This document shows, piece after piece, positions 1 to 17,859 of a stretch of DNA of 64,000 nt. Position 1 is the first letter of the stretch, and every line of letters starts with the position of its first letter. The position numbers and the translations under genes were made by a program. Source of the stretch: Bigelowiella natans CCMP2755 (Eukaryota > Protista > Cercozoa); NCBI GenBank assembly GCA_000320545.1, contig ADNK01001668.1, positions 62,001-126,000 on the forward strand, written 5' to 3'. Under the pieces are notes generated by a model. The model was not told where the DNA came from. It worked only from the letters and a program-made list of their open reading frames with translations, and made no database searches.

Positions 1-4751
<4,751 letters not shown>

Positions 4752-5336
4752 ACTCCTCCTCCCTTCGGTCGGCGTCAGTGGGTCAGTGGGTCATCTCCGC
4801 TTTTGTATTTGAGGTAGTAGTCTTGATTGTATCGTTAGTCTCTCCCTCTTTTGTACTTATCGTCCGTGGTAGCCTTCACAATCGCATCGTTCTCATCATC
4901 CTCCTTTTGTACTTATCTTTTCCGTCCATGCCTCTTTCTGTCTTTCCGTCTCCGCTGTGTCTTACAAGGCCTACTGTAATAATGGTAACTTTCGCAGATA
5001 TCTCATGGTTTTAATACCCTGCGACAACACATAATTGTGCTAAAATGTCCTCAATGACCGCCTTTGTACACCCAGATATGCAATGAATAATTTCCAATTC
5101 AGTCCTACTTCTTCCTCCAAAGAACGAAAGCCGACGACGGACGACGATGACGACGATATAAACGAGGAGGAGAAGGAGGGGAGGAGAAATATTGTACATG
5201 CCTCTACTGATCTTTCCTGCTGCTACTTCTACACACATAAAGCTGCTTCGTTGCCAAAAAGACAGCATACATCTGTAAGGAGAAAGAAGAGTTTATTTGA
5301 AAAGGTTTCTATTTCTTCTCCAGAAGTTTGTCTGAG

Positions 5337-6177
5337 ATGATTGTCCTCATCGCGTTAATGATGGCGTTGGGCAGTTTGAGTTCGCTTCAGCCTAACAGCG
5401 GCCGAAGGGTAATCCTTCAAGAGTCAAGACAACTTTTTGCCGTCCAGCCACATTGTTTTCCAAATCGAAGAAGGCAACGTGCAATCTCGCGGATGGGGAG
5501 ATCCTTGGCATACGCTTTGTCATCATCCTCTCGAAAATTAAATACGGACGACATTAAACTCTCAGCTATTCATTCTGATAATAAGGAAGATAATTCCTTC
5601 ACGAAGTCTGAAAATGTGGAGGATGATAGAACTACATTGGACGGTACCTTAAACATTGACCATGCGGAATAATGATATGTGATGATACTACCTTATTGCA
5701 AAATTACAGATACACTCTCAATGCTAGAAAATCCAAGTCAACTGCCCTGGAAGGAATCTATCGCCACAACTACAAATGGGACTTCCATAAAGATGCTTTA
5801 CATGCCTTTCCTCGAGACGATGTTCCAGATCTTCGCCCAGGTTGTTTTGTTCTTGCTGTTGTTACACTTGTGTACTACTAGATTACTTAGGAGGAGTGCT
5901 CACAATCAATGACACTTAATGATGGAAATGATGAAAAACATTAGGAGGGATTTGAGGTTGAGTCCTTACCAACCACAGCTGAGTTTCTCTCACGAAACTC
6001 GTCACAAAAGTACGAGGATCGAGAAGAAGAAGAAGAAGAAGAAGAAGAAGAAAAAGCTGGTGCAGCAGGTGATGATCGTGATGATGCAACTCATGGGCCA
6101 CGAAAACCAATACACCAGGGCAACGTTAAGGCGGACGCTCGTGTTGGGTCGGTATGCTTTAGGACAAAGGGCTCCGA

Positions 6178-6224
<47 letters not shown>

Positions 6225-7570
6225 CAGATGTAGTTGTCGTGTTCGTCGTAGTTGTTGTCGCGTAGTAGCAAGAATGTGTATGTAGAAACGGCGTGTAATG
6301 CTAGCCAACTATGATGCAAGTGTTTATTCTAACGTATGTATGACTAATATGTTACTACTACTACTAATACCCAATACGTCGGTCGTCGTCATAGTTTCGA
6401 AGAGTTCGTTTGGAATATCTAGATGCAGGACCACGGGCACAGGTAGATTCTATCCTTTCATAATGCCATTACAACAATGTCATGGCACGACATTCTCCCA
6501 AGCTCAAGAGCTATGAATACTGCTGAGTTTTCCTCCCTGTCCTTGGTGTTATCTATCAAATCTATCAAATCTATTATCATATTTTCCCTTGCTCTTTTTC
6601 TGTCTGTGGTAGATACTGAATGCACTATTTTACCCTGACTACTCGTTGGAACTTCCCATGCTAGGTAACCATAGTGTCTTAGCTGATGGTTCATAATGAT
6701 GATGATGATGATGATGATGCTCATTTCCTCCTTAAAGCACTCGAGCTGATCGAGAGTAAATTGTTCCAAAAAAATATTGTTCTCCAATTTTCATTCCACA
6801 TAGTCACGAAAGACCTTTTCTGGTGATGGGGTTCTTCTTCTTCTTCTTCTTCTTCTTCTTCTTCTTCTTGTTATTCCGCAATTAGGAATAGACCTATTAT
6901 CTTTCAACTCTGGGAAGCGTATACTCATAGGAATTGACTATCATCCCCTTACACAAGACGATGACTACATCTCCAAGTACTGCTTCATGAACGAAAAATA
7001 CATGAGAGCTATATACGGAACACTTGTACTACTTATGTCTCCTTCTTCTTCTTCTTCTTCTTCTTCTTCTTCTTCTTCTTCTTGCTTAATAGCACCATGC
7101 ATCACACCTTCGTTGCGATCACAGATACATCGAGCCATTACAAATGATAAAGAATGACTTTCCAGAGCTGCAAGGAGAGGTTACCGTGAATGATGTAGAT
7201 GCTGTATGAGAAAAAGAAGAATAAGGAGTAGATCATCTACTACGTACTCTTTCTTATAACGTTGTTTTACTTCTTTTTGTCTCAGATATCCCAAAAGATC
7301 TATGACAGTTTCGAGTTTTTTTCGCCTGCAATTCTTTTCGGACGGTACCGCTTTTAATCCATTTATTCTTCTTTCCGCCCCCTTGCTAACTATCTCTGCT
7401 CAATTTGTTTCCATAAGTTTGCAGTTTTATGTGCATGCGTTCGTACTGCTTTGAATTGGTTTTTCCTTGCAGCTTTGAAGACCCGAAGATTCTTGAAGAA
7501 GAAAGGATTATGTCGGCTTACAAACGAGTCCTCGAAGAGTTACTGAGACACCATATACAGATATTATATG

Positions 7571-7613
<43 letters not shown>

Positions 7614-8466
7614 CAAAATTATTTTTGTACGTATTCATAAGTATACTATAATTGTGTATTGAAGAGTGCATATGTGTTACGATGTGTGCATCTGCTGTGC
7701 TAATCCTCTTCTTCTTCTTCTCAAGGTATTTGCGTATGGCGTCTTCGTTTTCGAAGCTTCCGCGACGATCTCGAGGTGGCTTCAATAGGGGACGGAATAT
7801 CACCGGACAAACTCGCGTACGTAGATAGATGATCACGAAATGTAATAAAATACCGAATAAAATGCCGATTCCTGCAGAATGATAATAAGTCGTTTCATGC
7901 TAACATAACATCATTTGTTGTGTTGTGCAACCATGTGGAACGATTAGAAAGTAATTTTTCTTTAGCTATCATGATTATTAATACTATGGGATATATTTGT
8001 CATTATGATCTAGTTACTGCCCAAGTAACCGGTGCTGTTGCTGCTGCTGCTGTGGCGGCGATGCTTGTCTTTTTATTTTTATTTTTCTTAGGAATGGATT
8101 GCACAACGCCAGCACGCCTATAATCGGTAAGTCTTCATAACCAGAAAATTTATTTACTGGCTAGCATATCACCTTAAATCTTTGCATTTGCCAGCTATAA
8201 CTTTGAAAACGACCCTGCAGCTGGGATCTTTGCCTCGAATTTTGGTAACATTATTCTCTTACATGAAAGATGTATGCGGAAAACAGTAGTTAGCCTAACC
8301 ATACATTAAGTCATATCTGGTCATAGATTGATTTCGATCCTCATCACCTACATGATGTGTTACAAAATATGGTTTGTGGTTTTATGAATCAGGCAAAGAA
8401 TGGAGCGACCGATTCATGAGCGAATTTCTATTTGAGATACCGTCACATAATATTAGCATGATATAA
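5337..8466 (+). CDS. pebA: Ferredoxin-dependent bilin reductase, PebA-like (15,16-dihydrobiliverdin:ferredoxin oxidoreductase), with signal peptide plus transit-like leader
   Basis: Hydrophobic leader MIVLIALMMALGSLSS followed by an Arg/Ser-rich stretch; exons RVRLEYLDAGPRAQ, LGIDLLSFNSGKRILIGIDYHPLTQDDDY, IYDSFEFFSPAILFGR, QRQHAYNR/YNFENDPAAGIFASNFG/KEWSDRFMSEFLF match FDBR family motifs; PebA subtype assigned by recall of the motifs. Confidence 0.8.
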
Positions 8467-9163
8467 GGTATGGGCTGGCTGCAATCTTTGGCAAATCAAA
8501 TTTGCTTTCATGACATATCTTTCGACGAGTAAATGTGAATAGTATACATCATACATCGATTGTGACGTTCTGCCGGGCGGCAAAATTTCATATGCACAAA
8601 TAATGCACACAGTGTGTGACCTGCGCAGTGGATTCGCTGCAGTCGTAGTCCTCTCTGCAGACACTTAAATTTATTAAAATTACATGATTACCCGGTGTAC
8701 AACATTCATGCCTGCTAGCCTGGCTGTGCTATGTTGCTTATCAAATAATCGTTTAGTTGCATATAAGGCTACATCCACTCGCAAGGAAAGTATAAGAGTC
8801 AGTTCCAACGATCATTTTTTTTCATTCGGTCACACATTACGCATCACGCGTCGATCACACGCATAATTTTCAAGACATTCACATGATCGCATACTTAAAA
8901 ACATAATATAGACTCTTGCAAGTCATATACGAGTGACCGCGCTTGAGACTTAAATGCTTTGTGTGTGTAGCGCTCCCGCGCTGCTTTGCGATGATTTTAT
9001 GAACTTTTCGCTATATCGCGCGCAAGCAGGCATGTCAAAAAGCTTAACATTGCAAACGTTTGCTAAGCGAACAGCAGCTTCTTGTGCACATGCGCATATG
9101 ATTTGGAATGCATTTACGATCGATACAAAATGTCCCCATCAATAGCAATAAGGTATCTCAGGA

Positions 9164-10119
9164 CTAAGACTTACAAATGATTTCGCCGTGAACAACGGTA
9201 AACCAACCATCAGGGTGCTTTGCCCATGCTCTCCAGGCTTCCGAAATATCTTCAAGGTCCTTTTGTGTGGCATGCTTGCCTTCTAAGGCTTGTCTAGCAA
9301 TAGCGGTGTCTAAAATGCGTTCAGCCCATAGACCACCCCACCAACTGCGTGTCTTTGGTGTCGCATAGCACCAAGTACTCGATGATGATGTGATATTAGT
9401 GAAACCAGCTTCCCGCGCCCACGAAAATACTTTCCTACCAGCATCTGGTTCTCCCTTTTTCTCCATCGCCAGCTTTCGATATAAGGCTTGCCATTTTTCA
9501 AGTTCTGGTACCTTTGGGTACCAAAACATAGCAGCATAGTCTGCATCTCGTGCTGCTACGATGCCCTGTTCTTTACAAACTCTCTTCATTTCCTGAGTAG
9601 AAAATGTATGCTTTATTTAAATACGAAGTCGACTTTCGGAATTTCCACCTTGAGAGCATCTACAGGCCGGCTTAGATGTTGCAGAACTTGATGTGCATGG
9701 ACGACATCAAAACTATTTGATTCATATGATAGCCTATAAACGCTTTCTTGCTCGAAGCGCATATTTTCCATGACACCCTCTTCCTGAGCATGCTGCTTTG
9801 CTATCTCGAGAACGTCAGAGGCGTTGTCTATAGCCGTAACAAACCCCTTTGGGGACACCAAACCGGCGAAATCTGCTGCAATTGTCCCAGGTCCACATCC
9901 AACATCGAGAATCTTTTTCCCAGGAGATAGATACGGTAGAATGTAAGCGGCTGAATTCTGAGCCGTACGAACACTGTGAGATTTTAGCACAGCAGCTTCG
10001 TGCCCATGCAGATAACTATCATCACCGTCATCATGTAATTGACTGAATCCCTTGCGGGCTCCACTACAGTGTGGTGAAGATTTTAGAATGGATCTTTGAG
10101 TGATTTGTCTTAAGCGCAT
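9164..10119 (-). CDS. Class I SAM-dependent methyltransferase (UbiE/Methyltransf_31-like), two exons
   Basis: YLHGHEAAVLKSHSVRTAQNSAAYILPYL..ILDVGCGPGTI, FDVVHAHQVLQHL, WWGGLWAERI; a GT..AG intron at 9593-9648 joins ORFs 9613-10119 and 9164-9589 in frame. Confidence 0.9.
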
Positions 10120-10536
10120 ATCTGAAAATTAAAATGAAATTTTCAGGAAACTGGAACTCAACTTGACTACGGCTTTCCACTCGCAAGCCAATAATTATGA
10201 GCGCGGCCGTAAGCATAATCTGGTAATCTATCGGCAGTGTTCGACAGTGTGTCAACCCTAATCGCAATATCCTCTTCTAATCAAGGGGAATGAGATGTGA
10301 GCGAGTATTAGAATGTCACCCCAAGAGGAGTAGTGTATCGGAAGCACTAAAAAGGTCAGGGGGATTCTGTCTGTATGTCGGGAAAAGAAAAAGAAAGCTT
10401 TGATTTCTCCCAATACGACATGAATTTGTGCAAGTCGTAACATAAAATTATACACTGTTCGACATTTTTATGGGGCAGGAAATATTTAGAAATTTCTTGG
10501 TGAAATGGTCGGTGCGTGAATTGTGATGTCATTCAG

Positions 10537-10816
10537 GGCGCGAAAAGAATAACTAACTAACTAACTAACTATGTCATTACACCGAAGTGATTTTCATAGT
10601 GGATGTTGTCTCATAACGGATATTGCGAAAGTCAAACATTGTATGGCAAAACATGTTGTTGTTGTTGTTGTTGTTGTTGTTAACATCCTACAAAATCGCG
10701 TGGATGTTGTCTTATAACGGACATTGCGAAAGTCAAAACTTGCATGGCAAAACATAGCAAAATAGCTGGGAAGTCAAGGGCGCGAACAGAATAACTAACT
10801 AACTAACTAACTAACT

Positions 10817-10853
<37 letters not shown>
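10537..10853. repeat. Duplicated segments plus (TAAC)n, (GTT)n and (AAC)n in the divergent intergenic region
   Basis: GGGCGCGAA(A/C)AGAATAACTAAC.. at 10537 and 10778; ~57-bp unit GTGGATGTTGTC..GGCAAAACAT at 10599 and 10700. Confidence 0.85.
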
Positions 10854-10863
10854 CAATTGGAGA

Positions 10864-11631
10864 ATGGCTTCCTCCACCAAGGGAAACGTAGGTTGGGACT
10901 CCTCAGATGCAGCCCCTCGCCACTCCGGAATTCTACCAACCCTAGCTGCAACTGAACGAAATAAACAAGTTATTTGGGATGTTATCTCCAAAATACTCTC
11001 GGGTAACGTGCTTGAACTAGGTAGCGGGACTGGCCAGCACATCGCTCATTTTGTCGGAGAGGACAAGGAAAAAGGCATTTGCTGGTTTCCGACAGATTAC
11101 ACCGACAACAACTTTTGGGTTATCCGAGAGCGTACCAAAACATTTTCTAACGTGAAAGAGCCAGAGAAGGTCAATCTATTGGATGAATTTTGGACGAAGA
11201 CCGTCGCGACGAAACTAGGTGCTGCCTTGTTTCATTGTAGTACCGAGCTTCATGTGATAAATGTATATTGATATTACTCAGATTCGAAAGGCGAAAAAAA
11301 GTTTGATGGAATCTATATGTGCAACGTGTGCCATATAGCAAAATGGGACGCAACTGCTTCATTGATGAAGTCAGCTGGGAAGATTCTCCGAGAGGATGGA
11401 AACATTTGTATTTATGGACCATTTATTATCGATGGAAAGTCTTCTGAGAGTAATTTTAGATTCAGTAAGAGACTACAAGAAGAAAATCCGGATCGTGGTG
11501 TGAGAGAGGTGCGGGATATAGAAAAGTGTGCTAATGAAGGAGGATTAGCTTTGACCAAAATTATCAACATGCCAGCAAATAATAACATACTAGTCTTCAC
11601 AAAGAAAACTTTGAAAGATAAAGAATCTTAA
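10864..11631 (+). CDS. METTL26: METTL26/DUF938 family methyltransferase, two exons
   Basis: AATERNKQVI, VLELGSGTGQH, NVCHIAKW, IYGPFII, SESNFRFS, GVREVRDI, MPANNNILVF; short intron ~11219-11282. Confidence 0.88.
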
Positions 11632-11827
11632 ATCTTTAAATTAACAAATTGACTAACATTTTGGTTTCTTCTTTTAACGAGCTTGACTGCTATGCACAAT
11701 AGAGGGTTTTTAAGCAACCACAAACACTACGCATACTGTGACATGTGGCATGCGTAGCCAGCTAGCTGTGATGATGCATATCTTGTTTATAATCAAGATA
11801 GTGGCACTTGCCTGCACTACAGACACA

Positions 11828-11873
<46 letters not shown>

Positions 11874-12261
11874 GTATTATATGTATGTATGTGTATATAC
11901 ACACATACTAGCGTGCCAAATTATCCAAATAATGTGATGTTTGTGCATCTAGATTTTACACATAGGCGATGGTGCGCTATCTAGCTAGAGTGTACGTACA
12001 TGTAGATAATCATGATATGTGAGACGGATGCACGCCCAAAATAATTACGTTTCCTCAACAGTCATCCCAATGTATCTGTACAAAGCGGCGGCTACACAGC
12101 GCTAAGATTTTGTTTGTTTGTATACGTGCTCATTCATGTTTGCAAGCTTGTTGCTGTAGTTTCGCCCGGGTGTATGTATGTATGTACGCAGTTATGATCG
12201 CGATGGCGAATTTTAAGCGCTCCATGAGCTGCATACTGTGTGACTACACGCAATCTACAGC

Positions 12262-12306
<45 letters not shown>

Positions 12307-12520
12307 AATGCATGGCACTTAGGCTTATGTATTCCGTTCGAAAATGATCTGTTATACCACATCAGATCGCACAAAGCGAAGCTGATGCAGAGGCTTTACA
12401 ACGTAACGTACACATCATCATCTAATACTACTTAGATAGGAGCTACGATTCGGTTCCATTCGACGTCTCTTGCATCGTTCTGGAAATCAATGCCTGCATT
12501 GAAAGATTCAATATTTCTGA

Positions 12521-12789
12521 TCAGATATTCACGTCTTATTTATGTATTAGCTGATAGAGAGAAATTTTCATCCTCCTCCTCCTCCACTCCATTTCATACT
12601 CTGTCAACTATAGCATCCTAGCATAACATAAGATTATAGGAGTCAGCACAGCACCAGATCTTCTACCTTGCAAGCGAATTGTTCCGATGAGATTTTCTGG
12701 CATCTCATCGTCTTCTTGCGACTCGATAAGAAAACCTTATTTGGATTAGTAATTCGTGAAGGAGTACATACTTGTTGTCAACATTAGTT

Positions 12790-12861
<72 letters not shown>

Positions 12862-13810
12862 GGAAAATATGTTGCTTTACTCCTCTTGTGCTATCTTGAT
12901 ATAATTATACTGAATATGGGATTGGTATCTTCCACCTATGCAATCAAAGCACCTACCTACATCCAAAACCATATCGACCAAGCTCTCCTTCAGTCCAAAA
13001 ACTGCTTTCTTCTTCACATAATTTGATGTATGCTGCATCATACACAACAAACCAAGCAAAAGTATCGTTCCTCAATATTTGTGCCCGGTGTTTCTTGTTT
13101 TTCTTAAGATCACCTTCAGCATTACAGCATTACGAATAGTTTCATCATCGAGTCAGAGACGAAGAAGAAGTATTACCTGGTTGATGTCAATTTCCAGATA
13201 ATTGGAGCCTCTATATGCCTCTTTCCTTGACCTTAATCATCGTCGTGTAAGTATAATCATCATCACCTTCTGCTTCTTCTTCTCTCAAGAAAGACTAATC
13301 TAAGACGACTCATGCAATGATGCTACGAAATGATGGACGTGAGTAGGAGGATGAGTTTCAAATACACTAGTAGGTCACATGTGTTATAACTATTATAGAG
13401 GAGTTTACCTCGTGAGGAAAGGCTTCCCACTGAATTTTCGGACAATTTCCTGAAAAATGAAATGAGGGGGAGCAGTGTGTAGTTCTGTAAGAAGTAGTAG
13501 TAATATATTATGTAATGGTGATTTATACCCAATATCGCTATACTCAGAAATTGGCATGAAATTTATACATGAATAACTACAATCACAATTAAGTTTTTGT
13601 GTTGCTGATTGATCATATCACATCATATCATATCACACAGCAGCACCTTCATCACGAAGCTGAGTTTGAGATCGTCTTGATTGGCTATGTGAATGATATT
13701 TTTCCAGCGTCTGCCACCACCATCACCATCACCATCATCATCATTGTTATGGGGCCCATTGAGATAACAAAAATGGAATAAACACAAACACACACAAACA
13801 TAGTAAATAA

Positions 13811-13853
<43 letters not shown>

Positions 13854-14032
13854 TTATTGTACAATTATCACAACTTTCCAATTGTGTTCCAGTCGGCACC
13901 ATTGGTCCCTGCTGCTGCTTTGCAAAAGCTAATAAAACGATCCACCAAACAACAAGAACAACATCCGAATACAGAGCATAGACCCAAGGAGATCAATTAG
14001 TATTACGTCTGTCCTCCCAGCTACAACAACTA

Positions 14033-14066
<34 letters not shown>

Positions 14067-16230
14067 CACTACTAATCCTATAAACGCTAAGGAAACAGTT
14101 AAGAAGAAGCAGTAGTAATACCTTTGAAATAGCTTTGCAGCGTTTTCGCCTTCCCGTATAGCCGTCCGCCCCCGCTATTAATGGCGATTTGTGATGATGA
14201 TAATGATCGACGACGATAATGATGAATGTATACAAAAGTTATTAGACGATGACTATGTATCTCAATCTCCCTTTCTGCTATTAGACGACGTAATAGTATT
14301 CATAAGCATCAACCTATCATCGTTCTCATCATCATCATCATCATCATCATCATAAATCCATCCAACCTCTGTAAGCTTGAAGTAAAGGATGATTGATATG
14401 CCGTATCCGTCCGAATTGCCACCCCATAGACTGCGAAGTGTTAATGACAACGTTGGCACACATAGCATATGATAGTAGTGGTAGTAGTAGTAGTAGTGGT
14501 AGTTGTTGTTGTTGTTGTATATATAGTGCACGTAAATAAACACAACATCACACGTCTACAAGGAAGAAAAGAGTAAGTGGCATGTACGATAGTGGTGATG
14601 ATGATGATGATGACGATGATGATGATGATGACGTGAAGGAGTAAGTCTCTGAATGCATTGTGTGTGTTGTTCTTCATCATCCATCATCAGTTAAAATAGA
14701 TAGCAGCACCTTGGCTCGTAGAGAGGTAGCTGGAAGTTGATGACAATGTATTGTGGAATACCCATCCACCACCCTTCATTCAAAGGTCTCCTCTTCCTAC
14801 CACTCCTTCTTCCCCTTCCTTCTCTTGTGTCATCAACAGCAGCAGCACTACTACCCTCATCAGCACCAGTATGATAATTTTGCTGCTGCCGCTGATGATG
14901 ATGATGAGAAAGAGGAGGAGGAAAAAAGCTCTTCGTTGTCCTACTACTAGTAGTACTGGCACTCACGTCTCTAGTTCTGGTGCTGGTACTACTACAATAA
15001 CCACCACTACCGCTGCTGCTGTTACTACTGCTGCTACTTTGGCTAACGCCATCGTAATAATCATCGTCATCTTTGAGGTCTATAAAGCGTGCGACATGCT
15101 CTATTCGTGAAGTACTTCGAAGAATATCCACTGATATAGGCTCGTAATATGCAGGACCTTTGCGAAAAGTAGCATCATAGTCAATCTTTTGCCCAATTGC
15201 ATATTTGGCACTCATCACAGCGAGTAGAAGCAGTAACGTGTAGGTTGTCATCACATCCATCAATCATACTATCACTAACACTCACCAGCCCTTTGCTTTC
15301 TTTTCTTCACACGGTAGTCTTTCCCTGCACGCACTTCAAAGAGGCTCTCACTACACCTCCTCCACTTTGCTGCTCGGTTGCTTCCAAGCCGATGACGGCG
15401 AGGGATGGTTACATCGTTTTGCGAAAAGCCTGCAAGGGAGATCATAGTAGTAGTCGATAGTCTATCAATGAGAAGAACAACAAGATGATGATGATGATGA
15501 TGATCACGAGGGTATTAATTAAAGAAAGGGAAACTACTTGCTGCTGCTAGGCCGAGTGAGTACCCAACTACTACTTCTTCCTAGTACCACTACTACTATC
15601 ACTATCATCTACTTACGTTGATAGAAACTAGTATTACCTGGTTTGCGGCAAGGAAGAAGTGGCAGGGGGGGCTTGGATAGGCCCAATGAAGCCATTGCAA
15701 TATGGTTGGCTAGATGTACAAGTGAGGGAAGAAGGGGCAGGTCGGTTGGAACGACAGGAACACCTACATATAATAATAATAATAATAATAATGATGATGA
15801 TGATGACGATAAGGATGAATTTAGGCAGTAGGAGGAGGAACCAACAGGCTAATGGAAGTAGACACAGCATACGAGAAAAAGAGTTAATAGTTACCAAATC
15901 GATCGCTGAGACGTCGGCAGAGGAACTAAGCAGAAGAGGATGATGACAAGATGAGAAGATGAAGAGGAAGAAGAAAGATGAGAAAAGAGAGAATGATGAC
16001 TTAAAAGAACAACTCACCTTTTGGTTACGGGATCAAAGATAATGAAACGATGGTGCTAGATGTCATCATAATGTTTGTGTGCTGTTGGCTGTTGTTTTGC
16101 TAGATGTCATCATAATGTTTGTGTGCTGTTGGGTGGTGTTGTTTTGCGTCGTAGTACATCGGAAGTGATAGAGTCCAGGCCAAGATCCGCCACGGGCAAA
16201 AACCGTCCCAATTCCTACACGTACACACGC
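12521..16230 (-). CDS. EDR2 C-terminal (DUF1336) domain protein, possibly with an upstream PH-like segment; multi-exon
   Basis: Exons WRRCSESLFEVRAGKDYRVKKSK, YEPISVDILRSTSRIEHVARFIDL, GIPQYIVINFQLPLYEP, GYGISIILYFKL, IVRKFSGKPFLTR, YLEIDIN, GFLIESQEDDEMPENLIGTIRL. Confidence 0.75.
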
Positions 16231-16449
16231 ACACACACACACACACACACACAAACACAAGCATACCAATACATCTTATGCCTGAAAGCAGCAGCTTGAA
16301 CATAACAGTCACTATATTATCATCATCATCATCGTTATCATCATGATATAAATCTCACTGCACACGTAAAAACACATAGCATAACGCCGTAGTGTGTGCA
16401 CTATTTCAAGGGGTTGATAGTAGTAGCAGTAGTAGTAGTAGTAACAGTA

Positions 16450-17458
16450 GTAGTACCGAATCTGGAAAAAAATGATAGATCTCTTCCCGAATACCCTTAA
16501 GAATTTGTTCTGCCTGGCCACGATAGGATTTGTTTTCTTCCATGATTTGGCCTTTTTCTTCTTCTTCTTCTTGATCGCGTGTTCTCCCCCCTCGTTTCTC
16601 ATCATCATCGTCATCGTTTGCATTACGGATTACACCACCCCTCCCCCCCCCCTCTTCCTCCTCATATCTATATTCAATATCTTTGCGATCATGCCGCCGA
16701 CAATAGTCTCCTCCTTTGTTACTATTATTGTTATTATTATTATTATTACTATTATCATTACTGCTACTACTACTATCTCCTCCATAACTACTACGACCGC
16801 AATCAAAATACCCCCCTCCTCCTCCTCCTCCTCCTCCTCCTTTATTCTTTTCACGCTCGTCCTCATGATTTGTTTCTTCGCTTTCTCTGCGCCATCGCTG
16901 TCGCCCTCGTACTCTTCCTTGCCCCCCCCCCTTAGATGTGTTGGTTGTGGTAACTGTAGCTGCTGTTTCGCTGGAAAAGGAACGATTTTCCCCCATTGTT
17001 CCGCCCCCAACATCACCCTGAGATCGATGGGTCCATCTCATCATACTACTCACTGATGACTCCTCCTCCTCCTCATCATCATCATCAAACGACGACGATA
17101 CAAATAGCCTATACGACGAAGAACTTGGGGGACTTAGCTGATTGTGATGATGATGCTGATGACGATGATGATGATGATGGTCATCACCCTCCCCTTCTTC
17201 GTCTCGTTCTTGTTTATTCTTTCGCTGTTCCTCCCAGCTGCTCTTGGTTTCAAAACGGGTGAAAGAAGAACAAAAATGATGATCTTCTTTTTCCTCCTGA
17301 GCATAATTTGAAGGTGGGTTCTTCATCTTCCATCCATGTCCTTGTCTAGTAGGCGGTGGTAGCAGAGGCATTCTGGTGGCCACGCGGCTCACACGAAATG
17401 GGTATCCAACTACAACCACAAGGAATAACGACAACAGCCCTGCCGATAGTACCAGCAT
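16450..17458 (-). CDS. Low-complexity coding exon with hydrophobic N-terminal leader; may be the 5' part of the DUF1336 gene
   Basis: 375-aa ORF 16406-17533 containing MLVLSAGLLSLFLVVVVG and ending at a plausible donor after EIYHFFPDS. Confidence 0.45.
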
Positions 17459-17859
17459 GCTCGCCTGAACAACAGAGAAGAGGCAAATCAGCGAGGGGGG
17501 GGAAGGGAGGAGCATAGATATGCAAATACACATTATCTACATAATATACATATGCACGCTGGCACATTACGTACCCACACGCATACACGCAGTCGAAGAG
17601 GAATGAAATCATCATCATCATCATCATCATCACCATCATCACCATCATCACCATCATCACCATCATCGTAACTTGAATATATGGTGGTAGAAATAGGGTC
17701 ATTAAATTATTACATTTGGGCCTCCCACCGAAGATAGTGCGACTAGTAATACAATCCTGACACACAATACTCCCAAGTTAAGTAAAAACACAAAAAAACA
17801 TGTCGTCGACATTTGCTTAGATGTCTTTATCTAGATTAAAATGGTGCGTGTGCTAAAGC

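Noticed and set aside
10549-10819. (TAAC)n as telomeric repeat
   Set aside because: Short internal 4-mer tracts within a local duplication; not a canonical telomere unit
16055-16132. 34-bp duplication near a splice acceptor (and a ~31-bp tandem at 32516-32578)
   Set aside because: Ordinary local slippage duplications with no further structure
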